This document shows, piece after piece, positions 11,950 through 24,508 of a stretch of DNA of 64,000 nucleotides. Below the pieces are notes generated by a model, which did not search any database, was not told where the DNA came from, and saw nothing but the letters and a program-made list of their open reading frames with translations. Source of the stretch: Hamiltosporidium tvaerminnensis FI-OER-3-3 (lineage: Eukaryota; Fungi; Microsporidia); contig CM061248.1 in assembly GCA_022605425.2 (NCBI GenBank), forward strand, positions 1,302,001-1,366,000, read 5' to 3'. Each line of letters starts with the position of its first letter. The stretch's first letter is position 1. The position numbers and the translations under genes are program-made.

Positions 11950-12605
11950 CATCGGAAACCATCTCATCGGTACTTACTACTTATAATTGAGATATGTGAG
12001 CATATTTTTAATTTTGAGAAAGTGAAAACTACACTAGATTTTCAATTGTTTCATTAGAATTGATATAAGGAAGAAAGAGAATGCAAAATTGGTAAACTGA
12101 TCTTTAAATCTTTAAATGTAGTGTTTTTATTTTACCAGAATGTAAATTATAGTTTAAATTGTAAGTAATGAAATGTAAAAACATGGAAACCTAGCCTTGC
12201 TCATTCAATTAGTAGTCTTAGCGCTAAAAAGATAAAAAAATTATATATTAATAAGAGCCAAGAATGCTAAAGAGCAGATTATAACTGTTGGTATGGTATT
12301 GAAATGTCTTGTTTGATCTCGTGTATACCTTTGAAATGTGTCTTACTTGGAAGTCTATTCTGTTTGTAAAGTCTACGATAATTAGGAATTAGCTGGTCTC
12401 GGAAGATCATAAAGGGATTCAGCCTGCGATCATACTCTGAGCAACCACCGCATTTATTAAATCAATCCCTATTACCGTTTAATTAAAAAATTATAATGTA
12501 GGTATTGTATGAATCACCGATTGTGTGTTAAAAGGCCTACGTTTAACATAGAAAAAGGTTAGTACCACGAAAACAATATAACACATGCCATCTTTTAAAA
12601 GAGAA
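11950..12605 (+). mobile_element. Old copy of the ~720-nt structured non-coding repeat family
   Basis: Collinear with 32444-33165 (ATGGAAACCTAGCCTTGCTCA, CTTAGCG...GCTAAAG, AGCAGATTATAACTGTTGGTATG, GAAAACAATATAACACATGCCA). Ends are approximate. Confidence 0.75.
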
Positions 12606-13594
12606 AGGGACAATTATTGAATAAAAAAAGACTTAATATAATATCTGAGTTGCTCTACTTTTTCCCCAAAAAAAATTCAAAGTAAGATCTTGTTAAAATA
12701 TCAATTTAATATTCAAAGATTGAATTATATTTAAGGTAATAGAAAGTATAATTATTAAACCAATATCCCATGTTATACCTAAAAACACCAGTCTAGTCAT
12801 AGGATAAGCATATACACGATCAATAGTATTTTGAAAAAGGAATAATTTTATGTAATTAGATCAAAGAAGATAGTTATCATACAGACTAAATCTCAACTCG
12901 AGAAACTAAAAATATCCAAATATATGAATAAAGAATGCTATGGATTATTAAGCAAAGAAGGAAATTAATAATACTGGGGATATGAAATTTTAAAAGTAAA
13001 ACAAACGTTACATTTAACAAAATTAATTAAGAAGAAAATCAAAATCAAATCTGATTCAATGTGAAGGTCAGAATATGAAATTTCATATATACAATATAAA
13101 TGTATTATCAAATAAATTATGAAACTATTGATAGTATAAGCGTTCACAATAATATCTTTTTTCTCGTTTTTCTTGATTAATCTATATATTTCTGAGTTGG
13201 ATTAGTTATTTCCTTTATATATGACATTTCTTATATATTTTAAACCAAAAAGCGAAATCTTACCCGAATATCTTAATATTCTCTAATTCTAATATAATTC
13301 ATATATTTTTTAATTTAGATTTGAATATAGAAAATGTAAAAATTCAAAGTAATTTACTTTGAGAATTTTCATTTGTTAAAACATAGAATTATACATAAAG
13401 ATTGTTTTTAAAAGCGACTTATTACATTTAAAAAAGTATTTTTAATGATTTTGAAATATTTTTTCTTTTGAAAAAAAAACAATTTAACAAAAATAGAAAT
13501 AAAAAAATCTATCAAATATCATTTTTTTAATCAAAAAACATTTTAAATATAAAAATAGAAATACAAAAAAAACTTTAAAAGGAATTAAACAAAC

Positions 13595-13775
13595 AAATTT
13601 TATAAAAGAAATACAAATTTATATAAAGAATCTCTCTAAAATAACAAAAATATTTTTAATTTTTTTTAAGTAAATTTTATAAAAGAAATACAAATTTATA
13701 TAAAGAATCTTCCTAAAATAACAAAAATATTTTAAATTTTTTTTTAAGTAATTTTATAAAAGAAATACAAATTTC
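13595..13775. repeat. Tandem duplication, about 78-bp unit
   Basis: AATTTTATAAAAGAAATACAAATTT occurs three times. Confidence 0.8.
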
Positions 13776-15472
13776 TTTTCAAAAAATAAAATCAAAAGAG
13801 AAACTCATTCCTTAATACTTAATTTTAGTTTAAATTATATTTTAAATATTGTTTTATGATTCTTTAATCCAATTTAATATTTCTTTTCAAAAAATAATTT
13901 ATCTTGAATAAAAAAAAGACATATTTCAAAAATAATATTCTAAAAAAGTAATTAATAATATTTTTTTTTAGTATTTCTATAAAAATAGAAATTAAATCAA
14001 TGAAACCTGACAAAATATTATAAAATACAGCTAGTGAATATACATTATACTAATATTATGTACAATGGTTTAGCAAACTATAAACTATTTTTTTAAAAAC
14101 CAATAGATTATATATTTCTAAAAAAAAATTTAAAAAATTACAAAATAGTAAATTGAAATTGGAAAAATATTCTAAATATGTATAATTTGTAAAAAATATG
14201 AATCAGTAATATTTGATAGATTGAATTTTTAGAAAAAAAAATTAAAGAAAATATTTAAAATAAAAATTATTTATATTTTTCAAAGCTCTTATATTTTATG
14301 ATTAATCAAAATTGGAAAGTTACAATTTCACTTTTCTTCTCATTGTATAAGTAAATTTTGTACAGAAAATATTTTTATTATAAATAAAATTCTATAAATT
14401 TAGTTATCAAATATATTTTATAGATATCAATTAGATTTATGAGAAATATAGAAGTAAAAAATACAAAGAATAAATATATTTCAAGTCAAATAAACTCATA
14501 TAGAATTTAAGAGCTAATTAAGGATTTTAATACTACTCCACTGCCATAATCCTATATACAAATACACAATCTTATGTAAATCAATGTAAAAATCATCGTA
14601 AAAAGATATCACATCAATTCGTTTATTAATATAACAACTATATAAAGAATTATTTAATTAAAAGTCATCTGTCAAATATATCGAACCTGAAATTTTTAAA
14701 AAAAGATTTTCATATGACAAAAAAATAGAATTCATAGTAAATTTCACATTAAAAAACCATAGAATACTAAAATTCCAAGAATATACACTTTAATAAAGCT
14801 TTAATTAAAATAATCACACTAAATCCCCATATCTGATCGATCATTCTATATTTCTTTCTAAATTTTCATTTAAATAAATTAAATACAACATTCAAACTAA
14901 AAAAAAGTAAAAAAATACGTAAATATGATGTAAGATTTCTAATTTTTATAATTCTTTAAATTTAATATTTGTTTACTAATTTAAAACTAATATAAACATT
15001 ACTTATTTGGTATTTTATTCATTACATTTAATATCGCAATATAAAATGATTGAAATAAAATATATTTTTAATTTAAAATACTAAATTTAAGACTTTTAGT
15101 ATTTAAGAAAGCGGTTCAATTAAATTGATACAAAACTCAGAATTGTTCCAAAATACTAAAATAAAGAGAAATAAATCTAAAATGTTTTAAAGATAATAAA
15201 GAATAAATTATAAAAATTGATTAAAAAAAAAAAATTTCTATTTTCTGTTCTAAGAAGAAATCACTTAGAAACATTTAAAAACCAAATTTAAATTACAATT
15301 TGGATGGTAAATGCTCTCAAATACAAGAATAATACATTTTTAAAATATGTAAATTAATAAACACCAATTTAGAATTTAATTCAAAAGTTTGTGCTATATT
15401 ACAAATTAATTTATCTATATATGGAGATCGAAATGGTATATAATCAGGTAAATACTATTCGAGTACAAGGGT

Positions 15473-16162
15473 ATGGACAATTCAAGAGAAAATTATTTCG
15501 ACTCATTTCATCAAACACCACACGGAGAGCTAAAAAACGCATATTACAATCCATTTGTAATAAAACACAGAAAAAGAACGAGTAAAGTACAATTGAGAGT
15601 ACTTGAAAAGACATTCGAAACAAATATTAGACCGGATGCAGCGCTTAGAAAGACACTTGGTGCACAATTAGGAATGACACCACGAGCAGTACAAGTTTGG
15701 TTTCAAAATCGTAGAGCAAAAATCAAAAGACTCAATCAAATAAAGAAAGGACAAAATATTTCAGATAGTACAACAAATAATGAGAACATTGATACTCTAA
15801 GACATAAACCAGAAAATGAAATCTTAAATGAAGAAAAAGAAAGGAATTTTAATAAAATGGATTGCTACTACGATTACAGAGACACAAGATACAATCCAAA
15901 CAATATGTTTACTCCAGTGACACCAGATGAAGTTCAATATTCTTATTATAGCGATAGTTATCCCGAATCACCTCTTTATGATCGTAATTTTACTAAACAG
16001 TATAATAACAACAGAATGAATCATCTAAACAATTATCTTGAACTTCCTAATACAGAAAACTTAGATACTGCATGGATGGATGCAGATAAAAATCGAGAGT
16101 ATCCAGGACATCATTACTTCGGAAATAACATGCCATTTGATCCAAGAAACTTTTTCAATTAA
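15473..16162 (+). CDS. Homeodomain transcription factor (microsporidian HD-type)
   Basis: KHRKRTS..QL..LE..F.....PD...R..L...LGMTPRAVQVWFQNRRAK. GGG lies immediately upstream of the ATG. Confidence 0.95.
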   Translation: MDNSRENYFDSFHQTPHGELKNAYYNPFVIKHRKRTSKVQLRVLEKTFETNIRPDAALRKTLGAQLGMTPRAVQVWFQNRRAKIKRLNQIKKGQNISDSTTNNENIDTLRHKPENEILNEEKERNFNKMDCYYDYRDTRYNPNNMFTPVTPDEVQYSYYSDSYPESPLYDRNFTKQYNNNRMNHLNNYLELPNTENLDTAWMDADKNREYPGHHYFGNNMPFDPRNFFN

Positions 16163-17664
16163 GTGGTAGTATTATTCTAATTAAAGTGTAGTTTTATAAT
16201 TTTTACAATATATTTTTAATTTAATTAATAGCATAAAACTTTTAATTTGAAAAAAAAAATGCTTTTTCTTTTTTTTCAAAGGTCAAACAGAAAGATAGAA
16301 ATAAGAAATTGATATATTAGATCAAATTTTTTTTAAAAAAAACAGCTCAGATTGATTTTATATTAGTAAAGAAAAAAAATACATTTAAATTTTAAAGAAT
16401 CTTTAAAGTAAAAGTTGATTTTATAAGTAAAAGTTGATTTTATAAGTAAAAAAAAACTATTTTTTTATAAAATCTTTAAACTAGAAAAAAATTCTAATAA
16501 AATATTGCAGTTTATAGAAACAACACTTTCTTTATTTAGTAAAATTTTAAAAATATTTTTTAAAACATTAGTTTCAAAATTTACTGATTTAAATCTTTGA
16601 AGATAAAAAAAAATGTCATTTTTTTTTAGTAGAAATCATAACTAATTTTACTTTTTAAGCAAATTTTAAATGAAAATTGTAAAAAAAGTGACAGAAATTT
16701 ATAAATTATGGTTTTTTTTATTTCAAAATAAATTTGATGATTAAAGCAAATAAAATCCACAAATTTGGTACTTTTGTATTTTTTAAAAAAATATTTTTTT
16801 TATAGAAATTTGAAAGAAAGAGATAATCATTGATTTAAAAAAAATTAAAATCAAAAAAAAATATTTTTTAAAAAATATACATAAATTTACCAAATAAAAC
16901 AATTAATTATATATTTTTTTGATCAATATTTCTTTCTTTTATTTCATTGCTATTCTTCTGATAAGAAATAATCTTATTATATTTCACAAATATTTAAAAC
17001 ATTTCATAAAAATTCATTCTTTAATGTCATTTATCAAATATTAAAATTATTTGAAAGAAAATATTAAACTGTTTGAGTAAATTATGAATAATTTTTTATT
17101 TCAAAACCAGTAAATGTTTTCATTTTTAAAAAAAAAAGAAAATTTTAAAATAAAAGTTTTACTAGTTTCGAAATAAAAAATCAAAATATAAAATCAAAAT
17201 ATAAAATCAAAGTATAAAATCAAAATATAAAATCAAAATATAAAATCAGAATATAAAAACTAAAAATACAAGTAAAGGTTATAAATATTAAATAACTGTC
17301 ACCAAAAATATTTTTCTCATCACCAATAAATCAAAAAAAAATTAATTTATCTTTTTTTAATTTTTGAATTAAATATAGATAGAAAAACACTTAAGATTAT
17401 ATGAAACAATCATAAAATAGTGTACTTTTTTAAATATAAATTATTTAACAAAATGTTTACCTTTAACAATCTTAAAATAGAAATTCAGATGTTTTTATTT
17501 CATGTATTTTTAATGATTAGTTATAATTTTGTAAATTAAATCAAAAAAATCAATCAAAATTTCTATAAAAGGCTTCTTCTAGTCTTAAAAAAATCAAATA
17601 TTTTTTATTATTATTATATTAGCCTTGAAAAAAAAATGATAAAAAAAGTTAAATTTAATGCATT

Positions 17665-18335
17665 TTATTTCATATTTTTAAAATCGGCATTATTTATATT
17701 TGTTCATTGCATTAAGGAATTTATAGGTTTAACATAGATAACTATACTTCAGCACATACCGGTATCCCTTGGATATAAAAATTTCCAAGGTTTGTTTTAA
17801 AAGAAGCGTAGAACTTATTTCATCGGCGTGAAGTTGCTCCGAGGTTATCGCTCAACAAACATTGCCCCGGTTTCTTCGAAACCAGCTGCATCTGCAAATA
17901 CTTTACCCTCTAGAACCAAATAAATTTTCAACCAAGATATATCTCTTTGACTTCATGGAGTTTACCTAGGCGGTACAATGTCATATCAACAGGTATAACC
18001 TGCTACTTAGCTTTCCTGGATTTTTAAAGACACGTTTTTTGTATATCACAAGCGCTACGTCTTCTAACCTGAGTAAGTAAGACTTGGTTTCAATCCTTTT
18101 AAATACTAATTATCTACAGATCCAATCTTGGTTTCAAATCTAGTTACATAAAAAACTACAAATCGACTTCTTAGAAGTTTTTCGTAATAATGTAGACCTA
18201 CTTCCATTTTATTGAATTACCATAGAACAGCAGAAAATTTAGTGAGTATTTTGCTTCCCTCTCAAATACAAAAATATTTTTACATCTTCATTGCCAAGCA
18301 GATAGTTTTTTAATATTGTTATTAAATCTTCACTT
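17665..18335 (-). mobile_element. Old copy of the ~720-nt structured non-coding repeat family
   Basis: CAACAGGTATAACCTGCTACTTAGCTTTCCTGG (17987-18019) is the exact reverse complement of the family core. CATTGCCAAGCAGATAGTTTTTT lies near the 5' end. Ends are approximate. Confidence 0.85.
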
Positions 18336-18687
18336 ATTTTTCCATATTTGCAATTATGACATTAATATAGATTACATAAGAACCTTATACTACTCATATA
18401 GTGGTAAGGATTTCGGAATTTACTTCCGAAATAGCCAGGTTTGCTCCCTGGGTGGTGAACTTCCTATCTTTGTACAAGAATATTTACATTCGACTGACAT
18501 ATAACCAATCAAAGTAAAATGTTTCTGGGACGCAAATAACCAGACGAAGCTTTTATTCACTCGTGGATTGTGTCCCATTCATAAAGAAAGGAACGAGCTA
18601 CCAATACAAAGACTTCATATATGCCCTTTTTTACTCAAGAATTAATAATATATGAAAAGCTTTTTTGATACAAATCTACCAAATAAT

Positions 18688-18917
18688 TTATTCATTCATC
18701 CTTGGTACTACAACTCTGTACAAGCCTTGGCCTCCCTTAGTAATACTACTCCAGTCTTTTTATAGTAGGTTTGTTTACTTTTTTGGATTTCGTAACAAGG
18801 TGGTATTGAAGGGTGGGTTGTTAGCCCTACGCTCAACATTGAGGATCAGTCTCTTTTAGCCGCCTCTTACGACAAGCAGAGAATACCGTAAACCAATTCT
18901 GCTCCCGGCATTGTAGG
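18688..18917 (-). mobile_element. ~230-bp non-autonomous RTE-like element (5' end + 3' end, internally deleted) with TGAA tail
   Basis: 18-bp TSD ACAAA(T/G)CTACCAAATAAT at 18670-18687 and 18918-18935. Homologous to 33601-33825. Confidence 0.8.
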
Positions 18918-20802
18918 ACAAAGCTACCAAATAATATTTATAATAAGTTAATAATTGAAAGAAATATAAACGTGAAACCATATAAATGTTCAAGACACAC
19001 TGGGATTAAATATGGTCAGATATTTCGAAAGCATAAAAAAATTACGCGATATTTACAAGTTTCTGTCAATGATATAAAACGAATTATTTTTTAAACATAG
19101 AAATATTAAGATATCGCTTTCAAAAATTTTTTTATAAATAAATATAAAAATAATCTGATGTTCTGCAAATATAATTTTTAATTGCAATACAAGTTTTCAG
19201 AATTTAAAAGTTTCACTGAAGGTTTATTCTTTATGAGTTTATAACTGCTTTTTAGTATGAATTAATGGCTAGTTAAATATTTGAGTTCAGAAAAAAACTA
19301 ATGATTGGAAATGTTTTTTAGTTAAAAATATACCACAGATTCTTAATTTATTTTTGTTGAGAAATATAATCAACAGCTTTTTAGGAATAAGATTTAAAAC
19401 CACATTAATTAAGGTTTTTCCATAAAAATAAATAACTTCTAAAAAGTATATTATAATAACAGCAAATAACTTTAGTATGAGTAATTAAACAATTGATGCA
19501 TGTAATTTTTGGACTCCTAAATAGAAAAATGATAACAAATATAATTATCTAGTTCATCAAAAGGTGGTAGGAGTATAACCCCATTAAAACTTTCTTCTTG
19601 GTAAGAATAGTAAAATTCTTGAGAAAGGCTTTTTTGTCATTTTCAAAAAATATAAACCTTATTGGATCTATAGGCTAATCCCATATACTCTCAGTTACAA
19701 CATTTAAAAGAAATAAATGGAAAACTTTCATTTGTTTATCCTTAATACTAAGAAGGTAAACGAGGAACACAATAAATTTTTAAGTAACTACATGTGATCT
19801 TTATTTAAATAGCTAATATTTATAAAACAAGTCGGGAATATTTACGCTTAAAATACCTTAACCACAATAAAAATGCATTTGAGTATGAAATGTTTTTTTA
19901 AAATTTAAATTTCATATACTTGACTGCAATTAAAATACATATTTTTCAACCCAATAGTCTTAAGAATACTACCATGATAAATATATAATAACAAAAATAA
20001 TTGTAAAATATTAAAAACGATTAAATCAATATTTTTATCAGAAAATTTAATTCAAATTCCGTATTTACAATACATCAAAATATATTTTAATTTTTAAATT
20101 CCTTAAAAATTTGATAAATTAAATTTATTATAAAAATACTACTTATTTAACTATAAATTTAATTCAGTTTAAGCCTGATCACTTCTAATAATAAATATAA
20201 TAATGTTTATAACCATCATCTTAAATTCTTAAGTAGTTAAAATATTTTTTAAATTTCATCTAAAATTTCTTAGTTTATTTATGAATACGATTCACTTAAA
20301 AATATAATTAAGATGTATAATTTTTACAAAATAATAAACTTTGTTAAAAATATTTCTTTATCTACAAAATAATACACTTTGTTAAAAATATTTCTTTATT
20401 TACAAAATAATAAACTCTGTTAAAAATATTCCTTAATTTACAAAAGACTTAGTAGAAATTATATAAACTAAATAATGAAATATTGAATGCGTCTATTAAG
20501 TATTTACAATCTGTAAAAAAAATACGAATATAAGATATTCAAAAGAAAAATTTATTTACTAAAAAAATTTTATTGAAGTATTATTTTTCAAAAAATAAAA
20601 TAAAGAAACAAAAAACATAAAAACGATTTGTATTAATTTTATTTACAGTTTTTATAATTAAAATTTGATAATTCTAACACCAAATATTTTTACTTTTTAC
20701 AATTTTAATAAAAAAGTTTGTTTTATTTTAAAAATTTTAGTTTAAATTTTTTTAATTCCAATTATTTTTAAAGAATTTAATTCCAAAAAAAATATTTACC
20801 GT

Positions 20803-21063
20803 ATGTCGAAAGAAGGACCGTTAAAACTACTTTATGAATCTACTGGTATGATTATAATGATAGAATTAGAAAATAATTCTACATTACGAGCTACAGTTAA
20901 ACACGTTGATGATTATATGAATGTAGTATTAAAAGATGTAATAATAACAGATCAATGTGGTAAAATTTCAAATGAGGAGGTTGTTTATGTCAAAGGAAAC
21001 ACCATTAAATTTGTAGTATTTCCACCAACTTTAGAATTTGCACCGTTTCTCTGTAAAAAATAG
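20803..21063 (+). CDS. SMD3: Small nuclear ribonucleoprotein Sm D3
   Basis: GPLKLLYES.G..I.IEL; Sm1 DDYMNVVL; Sm2 YVKGNTIKFV; C-terminal P..L..APFL typical of SmD3. No RG tail. Confidence 0.85.
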   Translation: MSKEGPLKLLYESTGMIIMIELENNSTLRATVKHVDDYMNVVLKDVIITDQCGKISNEEVVYVKGNTIKFVVFPPTLEFAPFLCKK

Positions 21064-21164
21064 AAAGTGATTTGTAAAATAACAATTATCTAAAAAATAT
21101 AAAAAAATCGAAAAAATAATTTTAAAATATAAAAAAATAATTTTAAAATATAAAAAAATAATTT

Positions 21165-21325
21165 AGAAATAGAAGAAGATAAAAGGAATTAGAAGAAGAT
21201 AAAAAGAATTAGAAGAAGATCAAAAGAATTAGAAGAAGATAAAAAGAATTAGAAGAAGATAAAAAGAATTAGAAGAAGATAAAAAGAATTAGAGAAGATA
21301 AAAAGAATTAGAAGAAGATACAAAA
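21165..21325. repeat. 20-bp tandem repeat (AAAAAGAATTAGAAGAAGAT)n between the convergent SmD3 and SAP genes
   Basis: About 8 copies, seen directly. Confidence 0.95.
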
Positions 21326-21513
21326 GGAATATAAAATATAGTAAATAATTTAAAAATAGAAAAAATAGAAAAGATATAAAAAATATAAGAATTATAAAAA
21401 AATATAAAAAACGAATAATAAATTATTTAAAAATCATTTTTTTAATTTTTTTTACCTTTACTTTCACTTTACTTCCTAAAAATAATTAAAAAATGATTTA
21501 AACAAAGTTTTTA

Positions 21514-22071
21514 TTAATTCGTCGCAAATCTTTTTTTTCTTTCCTCAATTTTTTTAATTTCTTCTTCACTAAACACAGGCGTATCTTTACTTTTTGTTTC
21601 ATCACTTTTTTTTATTTCTTCTTTTTTTACTACAGAAATACTTTTTTGTTTACTACCGGGTTTCTTTCTTTCAATATAAACAGAATTTGTATTCTCAGCA
21701 TCAACAGTACCGAACCTAAGCTTACGTAATCGTATTTTTTCTTCTTCACTTTCTGTCAAACTTTCTGTCATACTTTCTACTTTCTTAGAAGAATCGGTTT
21801 TACCTGTACTCTTTTCATTATCTTCTTCAATCACTGCTTTATTACCTTCTTTCTTCAATATTTTATTATCCAACATTCCTTCCTCCACTTCTTCCTCTAT
21901 TCCTTCTTCTACATCCTCATTATTTTTCAATTCACCCTCCACTCCTTTATTATCCTCATGATATTTTATAAGACACTCAACCATTTCATTCTTCTTTTTA
22001 CCCGATGCTTGTATTCCATACTTTTTACATTCTTGTCTTAACAAAGTAACACTCATTTTTTCGTAATCCAT
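21514..22071 (-). CDS. SAP-domain protein, Tho1/SARNP-like mRNA export factor
   Basis: N-terminal SAP domain (YEKMSVTLLRQECKKYGIQASGKKK..MVECL) and two C-terminal motifs EEEKIRLRKLRFG and EEIKKIEERKKRFA, characteristic of Tho1/SARNP. GGG motif upstream. Confidence 0.8.
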   Translation of the reverse strand: MDYEKMSVTLLRQECKKYGIQASGKKKNEMVECLIKYHEDNKGVEGELKNNEDVEEGIEEEVEEGMLDNKILKKEGNKAVIEEDNEKSTGKTDSSKKVESMTESLTESEEEKIRLRKLRFGTVDAENTNSVYIERKKPGSKQKSISVVKKEEIKKSDETKSKDTPVFSEEEIKKIEERKKRFATN

Positions 22072-22149
22072 ACAAATTTTTATTTTTTTTTATTTTTAAT
22101 ATAAAATTTTGTACCCCGACTTTGAGAATTGAGAATGTATTGAAAAAAA

Positions 22150-22235
22150 TTTTATTTAATAAAATTCTGGGTTAAAATGTTTGATTTTAATGCATTTTCT
22201 TATACCTCTTTTACCACTACCATTTCTTCTTTCAA
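22150..22235 (-). mobile_element. 3'-terminal stub of the R4/Dong-like retrotransposon
   Basis: The minus strand reads GTAGTGGTAAAAGAGGTATAAGAAAA...TTTTAACCCAGAATTTTATTAAATAAA. Confidence 0.8.
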
Positions 22236-22400
22236 TTGTATTTAAATATTTAAATACAAAAATAAATACAATTTTGTTAGAAATAATAAAAAATTTAAAG
22301 ATTTTTTTTTACCTGAAAATAATAAAGAATTTAAAGATTTTTTTTACCTGAAAATATAAAAACCAGAAAAATATTAAATAAATTAAAGAATATATATTTA

Positions 22401-22472
22401 TGCAAATAGAAGTGGTTCAAATGGTGGAAAGAATTATTTAAAAAAAGAGAAAATTTGTTAATCCAGAATTTT
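22401..22472 (+). mobile_element. 3'-terminal stub of the R4/Dong-like retrotransposon
   Basis: Ends in TTAATCCAGAATTTT. A 19-bp direct repeat ATTAAAGAATATATATTTA lies at 22382-22400 and 22473-22491, partly overlapping the tail. Confidence 0.75.
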
Positions 22473-23961
22473 ATTAAAGAATATATATTTAAGCAAGAAT
22501 ATTAGAAAAAAATAACAAGTGTCTCCATAAAAATAATATTTTTACGAAGTCTAATAAATAATTCAATTTAATTATAAAAAAAATTATAAGATTGTATTTA
22601 CAACTGAAATATCTAGAATCTACACATATATGAAACACAAATAAATATAATGATGTAATATATAGTTACTACATATAAATGACTAATTCTACTATTTCTT
22701 TAGTTATTGTTTTTATAATTATATTTTAAAACCAAATTACTGAATTTATCATTGGAATCTATAATAAAATAGTTAAATTTAATGAAATATATTTCTCAGA
22801 TAATATATTTGTAAAAGATTAGAAAAATATTTTTTCAAACATGAAAAAGGCTAATTAATAATTTATCTTTTGATATTTTATTTCTATAAATGTATTATTG
22901 ATATACAAATAAATAAAACTATAAACTTTGTGTAAATAATAGTTTTAAAGCAAAAATTATGTTCCTAAGAAATATTTAAGAATCAAAGATAGTTAGAAGA
23001 ATAACCTGTTGAACAAATTATTATATTTTTATTTAAACTAATATTTAAAAAAGCAATAATATAATGAAATTATAGAAGTAATAATAGAAGAATAAATTCT
23101 TAAAAAAAGAAAAAAGTAATCAACAAGGAATTTTAGAGTGAGATTTATAGTTCTAAATAAAGTATAAAGTACTAATAAAAAATTAATATTTATAAAAATG
23201 CATCATTTTTTAAGTGTAATTCGAAGTAGGTGTATGAAATAGATATTTATTTTAAATATTATGCTGTAAACTAAACGAAAGTAGAGAGGCAAACGAATTA
23301 TTGATTCAAAGTAGAGGTCGCAAAATTTTTTAACATACGAGTCACTTTGCTTTCTTTTAACAGTTTCTGAGGGAAAAAACCCATTATATTTTATCTCAAC
23401 GTACTAAAAAGTATTTCTTCAATGGTTATCATTAATATTTTTGAATCAAATTTTTAAAGTTATATACAGATATTTAAAAAAATAAAAATGTATCTTATCA
23501 ATATTTCTTGGTAGAGAAAAATATTCCAATTAATTAAAAGAATTTTATAAGAGTCTTCCGACTACATGATTCAATAACCTTCATAATTTTTTAGAAGGTT
23601 TATTTCCGTATTCAGTACTTCCATACTATTTGAATAAGCATTCGCAAAAAGAAATATACAAAAAATATTTACAGATATAAATTAACAGATAAGCACTTGA
23701 ATCCATTATTGATAATATCTATTAGTGAATTAGACCCACAATTTCAAGAAATTATTCTGGAAATCTCAGTTACATAAATTTTACTAAAAATTAATTATGC
23801 CTCGCCTTTTTTGTCATTTAATATGTTTTGATTAGATAAAATGAGAATATGTAAGATTTAAAGTGTAAAAAAAATGTTTAAAGCCAAATTCATTTTATTT
23901 GTATTACAAATTCCATAGAAATTATTTATAATTTTCTAGTATTATTCATACAAATGAATTT

Positions 23962-24508
23962 CAAGATTTACTTCAAATAGGCAAACTAAAAATTTAGGAA
24001 GAATAGCCTGCCGGCCAATGAGCTAGGTCTTATTTATAACACCAGCGTTTGGATAATCCCGTAGGTAATGACCAGGATGATATTGTGATAAAATACCATA
24101 AATCTCACCTTAAAAGGCCAAAAACCCCATGGATGCAAAGGCATACATCCAGTCGATAGGGAACAATTAGACAGTCGAAACAATTTTCTTCGAGCGACGA
24201 AGGGGACTTGAGTCGAGACTAAATGCCAAAGAGAGCCAGGAGAGAATGTCAATGTATGTTATTAAGAGAGCAGAGATACCCAACGAACCAACACCCTCTT
24301 TAAAACAAGCAAATAGAAATGAAGATAGGCGAAAATTTAAAAAGAAAAACATTACACCCTTTATTTCAGAACGAGGCACCACGTTTGGGGAACCAAGATT
24401 AAAATTAATCAGAGTCGGATTTAGAAGAAGAAACGATAGTGCATAAAGAGGTAGAAGGAAATTTATAACATTCATAAAGTGGTTTAACCCGTATTTTATT
24501 AAATAAAT
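23962..24508 (+). mobile_element. 5'-truncated, decayed copy of the R4/Dong-like retrotransposon
   Basis: Collinear with about 62842-63398. The track ORFs at 24034-24475 are its remnants or antisense frames. Ends in TTAACCCGTATTTTATTAAATAAA. Confidence 0.95.

Noticed and set aside
15421-15472. 22-nt GT-AG intron (15448-15469) that would add 10 codons in frame to the homeobox gene
   Set aside because: The frame fits, but the donor is GTAAAT with no convincing branch point, and a GGG motif supports ATG 15473. RNA-seq would settle it.
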